DNA of 64,000 bases from Chthoniobacterales bacterium (GCA_014879535.1 JACSRX010000029.1:93476-157475); one strand, 5' to 3'; numbered from the stretch's first letter, positions 25,650 to 36,110 are shown. Notes: generated from the letters alone by a model not told the origin. Made by a program: numbers and translations.

Positions 25650-28600
25650 TCAGGCACCCGGCGGCTTCAGCCGGAAAAACATCGCGTAAAGCACGGGCAC
25701 GACGAACAGGGTCAGCGCGGAGGCGAACATCAGGCCGACCACGATGGTCACGGCCATGGCCCCGAAGAAGACATCCGGCACGAGCGGGATGAGACCGAAG
25801 ACCGTGGTCAGGGCCGCCATCGAGACCGGGCGCACGCGGCTGACCGCCGAATCCACGACGGCCTCCCACGCTTCCTTGCCCGAGGACAACTGGGCGTTGG
25901 TCTCGTCGATGAGCACGATGGAGTTCTTGATCAGCATGCCCATCAGGCTCAGCGCCCCGAGCAATGCCATGAAGCCGAACGGTTGTCCGAAGATGAGCAA
26001 TCCCACCACGATGCCGATGATGGCCAGCGGCACCGTGAGCCAGATGATGGCGAAAATCCGCATGCAGTTGAAAAGCACGATGACAATCAGGGCCATCGCC
26101 AGCACGAATGGTGGAAGCGCCTCGGCCAGGGCCTTGCGCGCGAGAAGCGAATCCTCATGCTCGCCCCCCCACTCCATGGAATAGCCAGGCGGAAGCGGGA
26201 TCGCCTCGATTTGCTCCCGGATCCTCGAGTGCAGCGTGCTGGCCAGCCCCGAAACCTGGTCCGCATGGACCGTGATCGTCGGCAGGCGGTTGCGGCGCAT
26301 GATGATGGGATCCTCGATGACCGTCTCGAAGCCATTCACGATCTGACGGACCGGGATGAAGCGGTTCGCCGCCGGGCTGAAAACTTGGACGTCGCGGATG
26401 TAATCCGGGTCGCTCCGCTCGGCGAGCGGCGCCCTGGCCACCACGGGAAGAAGCTCATCCCCCTCGCGGTAGATTCCGATCGTGCGCCCGCTGAATGTCG
26501 CCTCGAGCGCGGCACCGAGGTCCGTCCGCGTGATTCCCGCCAATCGCGCGGGCGCCTCCGCGAACTGCGGCCGCAGCACGGGCACCTGCTCCCGGCAATC
26601 CAGACGGATGCCCTTCGCGCCGCCGTCCTGCCGGAGAATCTCCACGGCCTCCCCGGCCAACCTCCTCAGCTCCTGCTGGTTCTCGCCGGAAAATCGGACC
26701 TGGATGCGCCCCCCCTCGCCGGGACCGAGCAGGAACCTGCGCCCTGTGATCTGGGCATCGGGAAATGCCGCCGTGAGTTCCCCCTCGACTTGCGGAATCA
26801 GCGTGTCGATGGCGGCATGGCCGTCCACATCGACAAGGAATTGGGCGTAGGACGAATCGAACCTCTCGGGCGCGTAGGTCAGCAGGAAGCGCAGCGTTCC
26901 CTGCCCGACGCTGGTGGTGACATGGGTGACGCCCGGCATCCCGGCGATGCGCTCGCGCATCTCCTCGGCGGTGCGGTCGGTTTCATCGAGCCGCGTCCCG
27001 ACCGGAAGCCAGACATTCACCATGAACTGCTCCCGCGTGGAGTCCGGGAAAAAGCTGTTCTCGACGAATCGGAATCCCCACACCGACAGGGCCAGCAGCA
27101 CAAGCATGGCCGCCAGCGTCGCGAACCGCCGTCGCATGCAGAAAACGAGCAGCTTCTTGTAGCCCTGATAGATGGTCCCGGCATAGGGGTCCGCCGCCTG
27201 CTTCCCCGGCCCACCGGCCTTGAGGAACAGGTAGCCGAAGAGCGGGGTGATCGTCACCGCCGTGATCCAGCTGATCCCCAGGGCGAAAAGAAGGACGACA
27301 AAGAGCGAGCGCGTGTATTCCCCGGTGTTGTTGTCGGAAAGCCCGATGGCCCCGAAGGCCAGAATCGCGATGGCGGTCGAGCCGAGCAGCGGCCACGCCG
27401 TCTGCGCCACCACGTCCTTGGCCGCCTTCAGCCGGTCATGGCCGCGCTGGATCGCCACCAGCATGCCCTCGGTGATCACGATGGCGTTGTCCACCAGCAT
27501 CACGAGGGCGATGATGAGCGCCCCGAGCGAAATGCGCTCGAGCGTGACACCCCCCAAATCCATGGCCAGCATCGTCCCGGCAATCGTGATGAGCAGGATC
27601 ACCCCGATGATGAGCCCGCTTCTCAGCCCCATCGCGATCAGGAGCACAACAAAAACGATGATGATGGCCGCGACCAGATTGGAGACAAACGCGCTGATCG
27701 CCTCGGTCACCGTGTCCGCCTGGAAGGAGATCTTGTGCAACTCCATCCCCAGCGGGATCCGTGAGCCGAGCGAGGCGATGCGGCTCTGGACGGCATCGCC
27801 CAGCACGACGACATTCCCGCCCTCCACGGTGGAAACGCCGATGCCGACGGCGTGTTTGCCGTCATAGCGCAGCGTCGTCGTCGGCGGGTCGATGTAATCC
27901 CGGCGGACCGTGGCGATGTCGCGCAGGAACACGAGCGCCCCGCTTCCTCCCCCGCGGATGAGGAGATTTTCGAAATCCTCGGTCCCGGTCCATTCCCCCG
28001 TGGGGTCGATGGTGATGGCCAGGGGCCCGGCATCCACCCGACCGGAGGGAACCACGAGGTTCTGCTCGCGCAGGGCGGCGAAGACCTCGGACGGCAGGAT
28101 GCCCAGCCTCGCCATGCGGTCGCGCTGCATCTCGATGAAGATGACTTCCTGCTGGACGCCGAAGAGCTCCACCTTCTTGACGTTCGGCACGAGCAGCAGT
28201 TCGCGCCGCAGCAGCTTTGCGGTCTCGTAGAGCTGCGCCGCGCTGTAGTCCGGCCCGGTCAGGGCGTAGAAAATTCCGAAAACGTCGCCGAAGTCGTCGA
28301 TCACCAGCGACGGCCCCGCTCCCGGGGGAAGCTGCCTCTGCGCATCGGTGATCCTCCGGCGCAGCTCGTCCCACACCTGCGGCAGGGAGTGCTTGTCGTA
28401 TTGGTCGAGGATCCGCACCGTGACCGTGCTGCGCCCCCGCTCGGAACGCGAGGTGACGCGCTCGAGCTGGCCGAGCTGCTGTGCGGCCATTTCGATGACA
28501 TTGCTGACCTCATCAGCCACTTCCTGGGCCGTGGCCCCCTGGTAAGGCGTGACGACAAGCGCTTCCTTGATGGTGAACTCCGGGTCCTCCAGGCGCGGGA

Positions 28601-28694
28601 GATGGATGTAGGACCACGCGCCGAGCACGACAAGCAGCGCCGTGAAGACCCACGTGACGACACGCTTGCGGATGGACGCCTCGGCGATGTTCAT
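25650..28694 (-). CDS. RND (AcrB/HAE-type) efflux transporter permease
   Basis: 1,014 aa. MNIAEASIRKRVVTWVFTALLVVLGAWSYIHLPRLEDPEFTIKEALV..., with 12-TM topology and two large loops. Confidence 0.9.
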   Translation of the reverse strand: MNIAEASIRKRVVTWVFTALLVVLGAWSYIHLPRLEDPEFTIKEALVVTPYQGATAQEVADEVSNVIEMAAQQLGQLERVTSRSERGRSTVTVRILDQYDKHSLPQVWDELRRRITDAQRQLPPGAGPSLVIDDFGDVFGIFYALTGPDYSAAQLYETAKLLRRELLLVPNVKKVELFGVQQEVIFIEMQRDRMARLGILPSEVFAALREQNLVVPSGRVDAGPLAITIDPTGEWTGTEDFENLLIRGGGSGALVFLRDIATVRRDYIDPPTTTLRYDGKHAVGIGVSTVEGGNVVVLGDAVQSRIASLGSRIPLGMELHKISFQADTVTEAISAFVSNLVAAIIIVFVVLLIAMGLRSGLIIGVILLITIAGTMLAMDLGGVTLERISLGALIIALVMLVDNAIVITEGMLVAIQRGHDRLKAAKDVVAQTAWPLLGSTAIAILAFGAIGLSDNNTGEYTRSLFVVLLFALGISWITAVTITPLFGYLFLKAGGPGKQAADPYAGTIYQGYKKLLVFCMRRRFATLAAMLVLLALSVWGFRFVENSFFPDSTREQFMVNVWLPVGTRLDETDRTAEEMRERIAGMPGVTHVTTSVGQGTLRFLLTYAPERFDSSYAQFLVDVDGHAAIDTLIPQVEGELTAAFPDAQITGRRFLLGPGEGGRIQVRFSGENQQELRRLAGEAVEILRQDGGAKGIRLDCREQVPVLRPQFAEAPARLAGITRTDLGAALEATFSGRTIGIYREGDELLPVVARAPLAERSDPDYIRDVQVFSPAANRFIPVRQIVNGFETVIEDPIIMRRNRLPTITVHADQVSGLASTLHSRIREQIEAIPLPPGYSMEWGGEHEDSLLARKALAEALPPFVLAMALIVIVLFNCMRIFAIIWLTVPLAIIGIVVGLLIFGQPFGFMALLGALSLMGMLIKNSIVLIDETNAQLSSGKEAWEAVVDSAVSRVRPVSMAALTTVFGLIPLVPDVFFGAMAVTIVVGLMFASALTLFVVPVLYAMFFRLKPPGA

Positions 28695-28695
28695 G

Positions 28696-29793
28696 TCAGC
28701 GTCCGGGAGCCGCCATCCTGCCGACCTTCATGCCCTCGGAGAGAAACCGCACACCGGAGATGACCACTTCATCGCCGACGCGGAGTCCATCCGACCTCAG
28801 TCGCATGGATTGGCCCGCCGGGCCGAGCAACTCGACGGGAACCGAAGCCACCGTGAGCCCCTCCGGAGCCAGACGCCAGATGACCGGGGAACCCCCAGCC
28901 GTCCCGACTGCCTGCGCCGGCACCTCGAAAACCCCCTCCTCGACGACCTGCTCCTCCGTTCCACGGGCGCGCAGGAGAACCGTGCACGTCACCCCGGGCA
29001 GGATGTTGGCATCGGCCGGAGGCTCCAGATCAAAGGTGACCCGGAATGTCCGTGCCGCGGCGGTTGCCTCGGTGCTGAACGATTTCAAGGACAGGTCGAA
29101 GCGGCGTCCGGGCATCGCGGGGAATTCCACCTGGGCTTCGAGCATGCCACGCGCGTTCTCCGCCGTGATCCCCTGCGCAACGAGCGTCATGGATTGCTCC
29201 GGAACTTCAATGTCCACTTCGAGCCGGGAAATGTCCTGGAACACGAGCACGGGCTGCTTGGGTTGGACGCTTGTGCCGACATTGAGGAGCGTGCGTGCCA
29301 CGCGTCCGTCAAACGGAGCCATCAGACGCGTGTCCTCAAGTGCCCGCTGGGCCTCCCGCTGGGCGGCCTCCGCAACCTGGAACTCCGTGGTGAACTGGTC
29401 GAATTCCGTGGCGGAGATCACCCCGCGCTCGCGCAGTTGCCGGCGGCGCCCAAGTTCATCGCGCGCGTTGGACAGCCGCGCATTCGCCGAGGCCAGGCGC
29501 GCCTCGAAATTTTCCGGATCCAGCCGGGCCAGCAATTGACCCCGTGCGGCGGTCATTCCCTGCGTGGCCGGACGCTCGACCATGCGACCGGCGACATCGA
29601 AGGACATCTGGGTGGTCCGCAACGCCACGACTTCGCCGGGGAAACGGCGGAAGTTCTGTGCCACGCTCTGCTGAAGAACGAGGGTCTGCACGGGTGGAAC
29701 CGGGGGGGCCGGTTGTTCGGGCCCCGGGCACCCGGCGAGCAGCAGCGGGCCCGCGGAAAGCATCAGCACGCGGCGGATTTTCAGGAAAGTCAT
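28696..29793 (-). CDS. RND periplasmic adaptor (membrane fusion protein), lipoprotein
   Basis: Start taken at MTFLKIRRVLMLSAGPLLLAGC (lipobox). Coiled-coil, beta-barrel and MP domains. Directly upstream of the RND pump. Confidence 0.85.
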   Translation of the reverse strand: MTFLKIRRVLMLSAGPLLLAGCPGPEQPAPPVPPVQTLVLQQSVAQNFRRFPGEVVALRTTQMSFDVAGRMVERPATQGMTAARGQLLARLDPENFEARLASANARLSNARDELGRRRQLRERGVISATEFDQFTTEFQVAEAAQREAQRALEDTRLMAPFDGRVARTLLNVGTSVQPKQPVLVFQDISRLEVDIEVPEQSMTLVAQGITAENARGMLEAQVEFPAMPGRRFDLSLKSFSTEATAAARTFRVTFDLEPPADANILPGVTCTVLLRARGTEEQVVEEGVFEVPAQAVGTAGGSPVIWRLAPEGLTVASVPVELLGPAGQSMRLRSDGLRVGDEVVISGVRFLSEGMKVGRMAAPGR

Positions 29794-29966
29794 GGCGTCA
29801 AAAAGCATCCTTCTGCAAACCGGAAGTTTCGCCCGATGTTCCCAACGGGCGAGAAAAAACCTCGATTCCATGCCGCTTTTTGCTGGCCGCACCGGTCCCC
29901 TCAACGGCAAGGATTCCCCCCGTGAAACCCGCCGCCACGCTGTCCCTCCCCGTCCGCTCGCTGGAA

Positions 29967-30440
29967 ATGCTTCTCGACGAGGAAGGCTCCCCGCTTCGGC
30001 TCCCCCGCATCCATCCCGACGCCTCCCACCACCTCATCGAGCAGTCCAAGGAATCCCCGGCGCAAAACGGCTACCGCATCGAGATCCGCGCCCCGGAAAC
30101 GTCCGCCGCGGCCAAGGTTCCGGAGGCGGTCCGGGCGCACTTCACCGAGAAAGCCCGGCAGGCGGACTGCGAACTCTCCGATCATGTCCGCAAAGGCGTC
30201 AAGGCACTGGCCATCTCGGTGCTCGTCGTCGCCGCGCTGTTTGCGGGCGCCGAATCCCTGCATGCGATGGGCGAACGCCGGCTCTACCGGCTTCTCAGCG
30301 AAAGCCTGATCATCATCGCGTGGGTGACGATGTGGATCCCCGTGGAATCCCTCCTCTTTGAAAACCTCTCCCTGCGCCGCAAGCGCAACAGGCTGCGCGC
30401 CCTCTCCAAGGCCGAGGTCAAGGTCCTTCCGTCGGCTTAA
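29967..30440 (+). CDS. Small membrane protein, hypothetical
   Basis: MLLDEEGSPLRLPRIHPD... followed by two hydrophobic helices (ALAISVLVVAALFAGA; LIIIAWVTMWIPV). No family recognised. A GTG start at 29922 is also possible. Confidence 0.45.
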   Translation: MLLDEEGSPLRLPRIHPDASHHLIEQSKESPAQNGYRIEIRAPETSAAAKVPEAVRAHFTEKARQADCELSDHVRKGVKALAISVLVVAALFAGAESLHAMGERRLYRLLSESLIIIAWVTMWIPVESLLFENLSLRRKRNRLRALSKAEVKVLPSA

Positions 30441-31432
30441 ACGGAGGCGAAAAGGTTCAGTCCGAGCCGCTCGGACAAAAATTTGCTCACGAGCTGCCCC
30501 TTCACGCTGTTGCCCGCGGAGTCCAAGCGCGGCGCAAACACCCCGAGGCCACCCTTGCCCGGTGCCACCGTGAAGATCCCCCCGCTCACCCCGCTCTTCC
30601 CAGGCAGGCCGACCTCGTAGAGCCAATCGCCGGACAACTCGTAAAGTCCCGCCGTGGCCAGCACCGCCAGCACATGCTTGCAGTGCAGATCGCTGATCAC
30701 CCGCTCTCCGGTCAGCGGATTCACCCCGCCCAGCGCCAGCGTCGCCGCCATCACCGCCAGATCCCTTGCCGTGACCTGCAGGGAGCACTGGCGCGTGTAA
30801 ACATCCGTGGCCTCCAAGGCGTCGCAATACATGCGCCCGTAACCCTCGAGCAACTTGGCGATGCCGCGGTTGCGCTGGTTGGTCTCGGCTTCGGAAGCAT
30901 ACACCTCCTCGTCGAGAACCAAGGGGCGTCCGGCAAAGCGGGAAAGACCGTCGCGCAGGAAGTCCCACTTGGCGGCCGCCGTCGCGCCCGGCACGAGGCT
31001 GGTCGCGGCCATCGCCCCGGCATTCACCATCGGATTCATGGTGCGGCTCGGGTTGAGTTCCACCGCCATCACCGAATCAAACGGCAGCCCCGTGCTGTTG
31101 ACCCCCAACTTCTCCTGCGCGGCATCCGCCCCGAGCGCCTCGCAGACCAGCGCGAACACGAACGGCTTGGACACACTCTGGATCGTGAACACATGATCCG
31201 CATCCCCCGCGGTGTGGATGTCCGCCCCCGGCGCCACGAGGCAGATCCCGAACAAATCCGGCGGCACCGCGGCCAGCGCCGGAATGTAATCCGCCACCGC
31301 GCCCTCACGATTGTCCCTGAACAATCCATGCGCCTCCCGCACCAGACGACCGGCGACCTCCGAAGGAGCGGGACGCCCGGTGCAGACCGCCGAGCGGACA
31401 TCCTCCGGGTCGAGCGTCAGCGGGATATGCAC
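30437..31432 (-). CDS. glsA: Glutaminase A
   Basis: FTIQSVSKPFVFALVCEALG (Ser-x-x-Lys), NPMVNAGAMA, LPGKSGVSGGIFTV. A GTG start at 31432 is chosen because the track ORF's upstream extension overlaps the hdeD-like gene. Confidence 0.85.
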   Translation of the reverse strand: MHIPLTLDPEDVRSAVCTGRPAPSEVAGRLVREAHGLFRDNREGAVADYIPALAAVPPDLFGICLVAPGADIHTAGDADHVFTIQSVSKPFVFALVCEALGADAAQEKLGVNSTGLPFDSVMAVELNPSRTMNPMVNAGAMAATSLVPGATAAAKWDFLRDGLSRFAGRPLVLDEEVYASEAETNQRNRGIAKLLEGYGRMYCDALEATDVYTRQCSLQVTARDLAVMAATLALGGVNPLTGERVISDLHCKHVLAVLATAGLYELSGDWLYEVGLPGKSGVSGGIFTVAPGKGGLGVFAPRLDSAGNSVKGQLVSKFLSERLGLNLFASV

Positions 31433-31442
31433 GCTGCCGGAA

Positions 31443-31991
31443 TCAGGCTTCCTGGGCGCGGGGCAGCGCCATGCCGAACGTGGCCAGCGTGACCCCGGTG
31501 AAGATGCTGTTGATGCCGAAAAGAAGGCCGATGACCCATGCGGCGTCCGAGGGGAACTTGGCAAACAACATGGCGCCGAGGATCAGCGCCATCAACCCGT
31601 TGAACACGACCCAACCCCACGCGGGATTCTTGCCCCGGAGTTTGAATCCGAGCGCCAAGCTGTAGATCCCCTCCACCACGAAGACGGCGCCGAGAACCAG
31701 TGTCAGCGCCAGCAGGCCCTTCACGATGTTGCCTAGGATGAGCAGGCCCACGACGATGCGCAGCGCGGCCGAGAAAAAGTCGAGCAGGCGGTGCTGGCGG
31801 GCTTTTCCGAAGAGCGCGGCAAAAAGGAGGAAGACGCCGCTCACCAGCGTGAAAATGCCGATGACCTGCGTGATGGCGAGAGCGGCCAAGCCCGGACGGC
31901 CGATGGCGTAAAAGCCGACGAAAATGCAGAGGATGCCGCCGAGCACATACCAGATGCGGCCGGCCGAATGTTGGGGTGCGGAACCAGTCAT
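31443..31991 (-). CDS. hdeD: HdeD-family (DUF308) acid-resistance membrane protein
   Basis: 182 aa with six hydrophobic helices. WYVLGGILCIFVGFYAIGRPG...VVFNGLMALILGAMLFAKFP is typical of DUF308 repeats. Confidence 0.7.
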   Translation of the reverse strand: MTGSAPQHSAGRIWYVLGGILCIFVGFYAIGRPGLAALAITQVIGIFTLVSGVFLLFAALFGKARQHRLLDFFSAALRIVVGLLILGNIVKGLLALTLVLGAVFVVEGIYSLALGFKLRGKNPAWGWVVFNGLMALILGAMLFAKFPSDAAWVIGLLFGINSIFTGVTLATFGMALPRAQEA

Positions 31992-32049
31992 GGCCCCGAT
32001 GGTAGGAGGCGCCGTTCCCGCAGCAAGCCGCGAGTTGGAGCCGGCCGCC

Positions 32050-33246
32050 TCACCCGAACCAGTTCAGGAAGCGGGAAATGACCAGGGCGTTGGCGATATC
32101 GACGAAAAACCCGGAAACCAGCGGCACCACGATGAAGGCCCGGTGGGCCAAGCCGTATTTCTTGGTCACCGCGGTCATGTTGGCCATCGCCGTGGGGGTC
32201 GCCCCGAGGGAAATGCCCGCAAACCCGGCACTCATCACCGCCGCTTCATAGTCATGTCCCATGAAGCGGAAGATCACGAAGATCGAGAACGCCAGCGCCA
32301 GCAACACCTGGGCCGTGAGGATCGCCACGATGGGGCCGGCCAGATCGAGGATGGCCCAGAGCTGGAGGCTCATCAGCGACATCGCAAGGAACACGCCGAG
32401 GGACACATCGGAGACGAGCGCAAGAGAGCGACTCCCGGCCGGCCATGTCAGCCCGGGAATCATCCGCGGAACCGTGTTGGTGAGGATGATCGCGGCAAAC
32501 AGCGAGCACACGAACAGGGGGAGATTCACCGACAACTGGTGCAATCCCTCCTGCAACAGGCCGCCGAGGGCGAGGCTGATGTTCAACCAGAACAAGGTGC
32601 CCAGCATGCCGTGGTAGCCGATCGTCTCGGTCTTCGCCTCGTAGGTGATGCCCACATCCGGCTCGATCAGCGTCTTCGGCTCCAACTTGTGCCGCGCAAT
32701 GAGCCATTGGGCCACCGGGCCGCCCATGAGCGACGAAGCGACCAGCCCGAGCGTGGCGCAGGCAATGCCGATTTCCCCGGCATTGAGGATTCCAAAACGC
32801 TCCGCAAAAACCGGCGCCCACGCGATGCTGGTCCCGTGGCCGCCGAGCAGCGATACCGATCCGCCGAGCAGACCGATCAGCGGGTTGAGCCCGAAGGCCG
32901 AGGCGACCCCGATGCCGGTGAGATTCTGAAGCATCATGTAACCGACCGTGAGGCCGACCAGAATGACCAGGGGCAACCCGCCCGCGCGCAGGGTCTTGAA
33001 ATCCGAGTTCAGACCGATGCCGGCAAAGAAATAGAGGAGAAGGAAGTCCCTCGTCTGCAGGTTGAAGGAAATCTCCACCCCGAATCCCAGATACAGCACC
33101 GCGGCGAGAAGCCCGACGATCAGCCCGCTGCTGACCGGCTCCGGGATGTTGAAATCCCGCAGCACCCGCACATGCCGGTTGAGCCAGTTCCCGGCTGCGA
33201 GAACCAGAATGGCGATGTTGAAGGTGGCGAAACTTTCAAAACTCAT
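32050..33246 (-). CDS. gltS: Sodium/glutamate symporter
   Basis: MSFESFATFNIAILVLAAGNWLNRHVRVLRDFNIPEPVSSGLIVGL...FFAGIGLNSDFKTLRAGG matches the GltS N-terminus. Confidence 0.85.
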   Translation of the reverse strand: MSFESFATFNIAILVLAAGNWLNRHVRVLRDFNIPEPVSSGLIVGLLAAVLYLGFGVEISFNLQTRDFLLLYFFAGIGLNSDFKTLRAGGLPLVILVGLTVGYMMLQNLTGIGVASAFGLNPLIGLLGGSVSLLGGHGTSIAWAPVFAERFGILNAGEIGIACATLGLVASSLMGGPVAQWLIARHKLEPKTLIEPDVGITYEAKTETIGYHGMLGTLFWLNISLALGGLLQEGLHQLSVNLPLFVCSLFAAIILTNTVPRMIPGLTWPAGSRSLALVSDVSLGVFLAMSLMSLQLWAILDLAGPIVAILTAQVLLALAFSIFVIFRFMGHDYEAAVMSAGFAGISLGATPTAMANMTAVTKKYGLAHRAFIVVPLVSGFFVDIANALVISRFLNWFG

Positions 33247-33346
33247 CACCGGAACCAACCAGCCGCGTCCGCTCCGCGCAAGGGCAAACCCGCCGCATCC
33301 CAACACCCGCTTGCCACCGGATGGCCTCCGCACGATAACTCCCGCC

Positions 33347-34378
33347 ATGCCGGATCAAACCAAGACGCGCCGCGGATGCCTGCGCAACCTCCTCCTCGTT
33401 GCAGGAGTCCTGATCCTCGGCGTCGTTCTGGCACTCGCATGGCTGTTCCGCCCCCTCCCGACCGCGGATCTCACCGCATCCCCCGCCCCGGCCCATGGCT
33501 ACGACGAGGCCATGGAACGGCTCGAAGCCATCCATGCCGAGGAAGCCACCCTCCCGCTGCACAATGGCGGACGGACCATCGTGCTCTCGCACGGCCATCC
33601 CACGGATCGTGTGTTCGTCCTGCTGCACGGATTCACCAATTCGCCGCGCCAGTTCCGGGAGCTCGGCGAGCTGCTTTTCGCCCGGGGGGCCAATGTCGTC
33701 ATTCCCCGCCTTCCCTACCACGGGCTCACGGACCGCCTGACCAATGCCCATGGCGACCTCACCGCCGCCAACCTGATCCGCTATGCCGAGAGCGGCATCG
33801 ACATCGCCCGCGGACTCGGGAAGCGGATCACCCTCGTCGGCCTGTCCGTCAGCGGCATTTCCGCGGGGTGGCTCGCGCATCAGCGCGACGACCTTGACGA
33901 GGTGTTCCTGTTCGCGCCGTTTTTCGGCACGGCCGCCGTGCCCGACGCCCTCACCCCGGCCGTGACCGCCGCCTTGGTGCGCTGGCCGAACACCTTCCTC
34001 TGGTGGGACCCCCGGGCGCGGGAGAACATCCTCGGACCGCCCCTGAACTATCCGCGCTTCGCCACCCGGCCGCTCGGCGAGGCCATGAGGCTCGGACTCG
34101 ACGCCGAGCGGCAGACCGGACCGCTGCGCGTGAAGCGCTTCGGGCTCGTCCTCACCGCCAGCGACAAGGCCGTGAACAACCGCCGCACCCTGCGGATCGT
34201 GTCCCTCTGGGAATACAACTCCCCGGGCACCGAGTTCTTCATCTACACCTTCCCCCGCGAGGATCGCATTCCCCACGACTTCATCGACCCGCTCCAGAAT
34301 GGCGCGCAGACCGGGAAAGTCTATCCACGTCTGGTCTCGTGGCTCATGGACTCCAGCCTCGCGGACCAGAATCCCTGA
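33347..34378 (+). CDS. Alpha/beta-fold hydrolase with N-terminal membrane anchor
   Basis: Start at MPDQTKTRRGCLRNLLLVAGVLILGVVLALAWL. HGFTNSPRQF and the nucleophile elbow VGLSVSG. Confidence 0.7.
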   Translation: MPDQTKTRRGCLRNLLLVAGVLILGVVLALAWLFRPLPTADLTASPAPAHGYDEAMERLEAIHAEEATLPLHNGGRTIVLSHGHPTDRVFVLLHGFTNSPRQFRELGELLFARGANVVIPRLPYHGLTDRLTNAHGDLTAANLIRYAESGIDIARGLGKRITLVGLSVSGISAGWLAHQRDDLDEVFLFAPFFGTAAVPDALTPAVTAALVRWPNTFLWWDPRARENILGPPLNYPRFATRPLGEAMRLGLDAERQTGPLRVKRFGLVLTASDKAVNNRRTLRIVSLWEYNSPGTEFFIYTFPREDRIPHDFIDPLQNGAQTGKVYPRLVSWLMDSSLADQNP

Positions 34379-34394
34379 GGCACCGTCCGCGCAC

Positions 34395-35084
34395 TCAGCG
34401 CCGCGAGCCCATCAGGATGCGCAGCACATACCAGAACATCAGCGCGATCCCCGCGAAAAGCTGGATGGCCGCCCCGATGTCCGCATCCCGCGAATACCCG
34501 CCGCGCAGGATCCCCGATGTCGTGTAGAGCACCGACCCGCCCGCCAGCAGGATCATGGCCACGGAGAACCACGTGCCCGGATCGAACTTGAACAGCACCG
34601 CGCACACGATCACCCCCAACCCGAACAGTCCGCCCCAGATGAGGAACGTCCGCAGGAAGGAAAAATCCTTCCCCGTGAGCACCACCACGCCGGTGAGCAG
34701 GAGGAACCCGCCGATGGTCACCTGCGCCGCCGTCGCGATCACTCCCGGCGCGCTGCTGTCCGCCACCGCCAGCAGCGGCACCGTGATCAGCGCCTGCAAC
34801 AGCACATAAAGCGCGAACCCCGCATATTGCACCGGACGCGACACCTGCGGCGCGGCCAGCATCGTGGCGACCCACGAGAGCAGCATGAACCCGCCGAGAA
34901 CGACCAGCCACGACACCCCGGAAAAAATGCCGACGACGGTGTTGGCGATCCCGCTCTGGAAGAACCACACCTCCAGCCCCACGAAGAGCAGGATGGCCAG
35001 GACAAGGTGCGTGTAAACACGCGTGAGGAAGGAAGACTGCGCCCGGGCGTCGTCGCGATCCAAGGAGGGTGAAAAGGAATCCAT
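34395..35084 (-). CDS. Bax inhibitor-1/YccA family membrane protein
   Basis: Start at MDSFSPSLDRDDARAQSSFLTRVYTHLVLAILLF..., seven TM helices, C-terminal ...IQLFAGIALMFWYVLRILMG. Confidence 0.8.
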   Translation of the reverse strand: MDSFSPSLDRDDARAQSSFLTRVYTHLVLAILLFVGLEVWFFQSGIANTVVGIFSGVSWLVVLGGFMLLSWVATMLAAPQVSRPVQYAGFALYVLLQALITVPLLAVADSSAPGVIATAAQVTIGGFLLLTGVVVLTGKDFSFLRTFLIWGGLFGLGVIVCAVLFKFDPGTWFSVAMILLAGGSVLYTTSGILRGGYSRDADIGAAIQLFAGIALMFWYVLRILMGSRR

Positions 35085-35088
35085 GGTT

Positions 35089-35553
35089 TTACTCCGCAAG
35101 GGCCTTCTCGATGTCCGCATCCTTGAGCGATGCCGGATGCCCCTGCCAGACAATCACCCCGTCCTTGTTCGCGAGGAACGCCGAGGGAATCCCCGACACC
35201 CCCATCTTCTCACTCAGCCGCCCGCCCGTGTCCGTCGCCGTCGGGTAATCCATCGGCACATCCTTCTGGAACTTGCGGATGACCGCATTCGGCTCATCCG
35301 TCACCCAGACAATCTCCAAGCCGCGATCCTTGAACTTCGCGTAAAGCTCGTTGAGGTGCGGAATGCTTTCCCGGCAAGGCGGACACCATGTCGCCCAGAA
35401 TTCCAGCAGCAGCGGCTTCCCCTCGAGTTCGGGCGATGCCTTGAGAAAATTCACCGAAATCTTCGGCAACTTTTCCCCGACCCAATTCTTCTCGGCCGCC
35501 ATCGCCGAAACCGCCAAAACCAACCCGACAGCAAGAAGCGCGTGGAGTTTCAT
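35089..35553 (-). CDS. TlpA/ResA-like periplasmic thiol:disulfide oxidoreductase
   Basis: Signal MKLHALLAVGLVLAVSAMA. Active site EFWATWCPPCR. Confidence 0.85.
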   Translation of the reverse strand: MKLHALLAVGLVLAVSAMAAEKNWVGEKLPKISVNFLKASPELEGKPLLLEFWATWCPPCRESIPHLNELYAKFKDRGLEIVWVTDEPNAVIRKFQKDVPMDYPTATDTGGRLSEKMGVSGIPSAFLANKDGVIVWQGHPASLKDADIEKALAE

Positions 35554-35608
35554 AGGCCGCGATTTAGCCCAACCCAACCGCAGGCGGCAAGCTGGGATTG
35601 CAGGCGGC

Positions 35609-36110
35609 CTACGATCTGGCTCTTTTCGAATCCATGTGGGCACGCGCCGCGGCGATCACGGCTTCGCTAACTCGGAAATTTGTGCGCGTCATCAGCAAGT
35701 CGAGCGTCAGATCGAAATCTGTCAGATTGCGCATGGCAGCCTCGATCACCACGCCCAGAGTGCCCGTGACCGCGAGGTCGAGGCGCGCAGCCACCATGCG
35801 ACCGCGCCGCTCGTCCAACAAGAGCAGATCGGCTTGCACCGCTTGGGCAAGACGGATTGCTGCCGTTTCGCCGACGTCCAGCACCACATCCCCCGGCAGC
35901 ACCGGGGCACCCTACGGAACATCTGTGACGCGCAGCCACGAAGGAACGGAAGCGGCCCATTGACGGAGCGCGGCAGGCGCACGTTCATGGAGGCACTCCG
36001 CAAGAACCTCAGGCGGACACACAACCTCTCCAAATTAAAGCCGGCAACCAAGCAAGACCGTCCACCACTGCCAGATACCGCAGGGGCGTCGTATCGCTGA
36101 CGACGATCAT
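35609..36110 (-). pseudogene. Decayed DUF3368 (PIN-like) gene, partner of the UPF0175 gene
   Basis: From ATG 36110 the sequence reads MIVVSDTTPLRYLAVVDGLAWLPAL. The frame then breaks near 36029-36040, and the ATG frame stops at 36009-36011. The conserved continuation EVVCPPEVLAECLHERAPAALRQWAASVPSWLRVTDVP lies in another frame. That frame ends at an in-frame TAG (35912-35914) and then continues GAPVLPGDVVLDVGETAAIRLA... to 35609. Confidence 0.7.

Noticed and set aside
31924-33897. 657-aa plus-strand ORF and other long ORFs over gltS and the alpha/beta hydrolase start
   Set aside because: It is antisense or out of frame to gltS. The composition is Arg/Pro/Gly/His-rich with no motifs.
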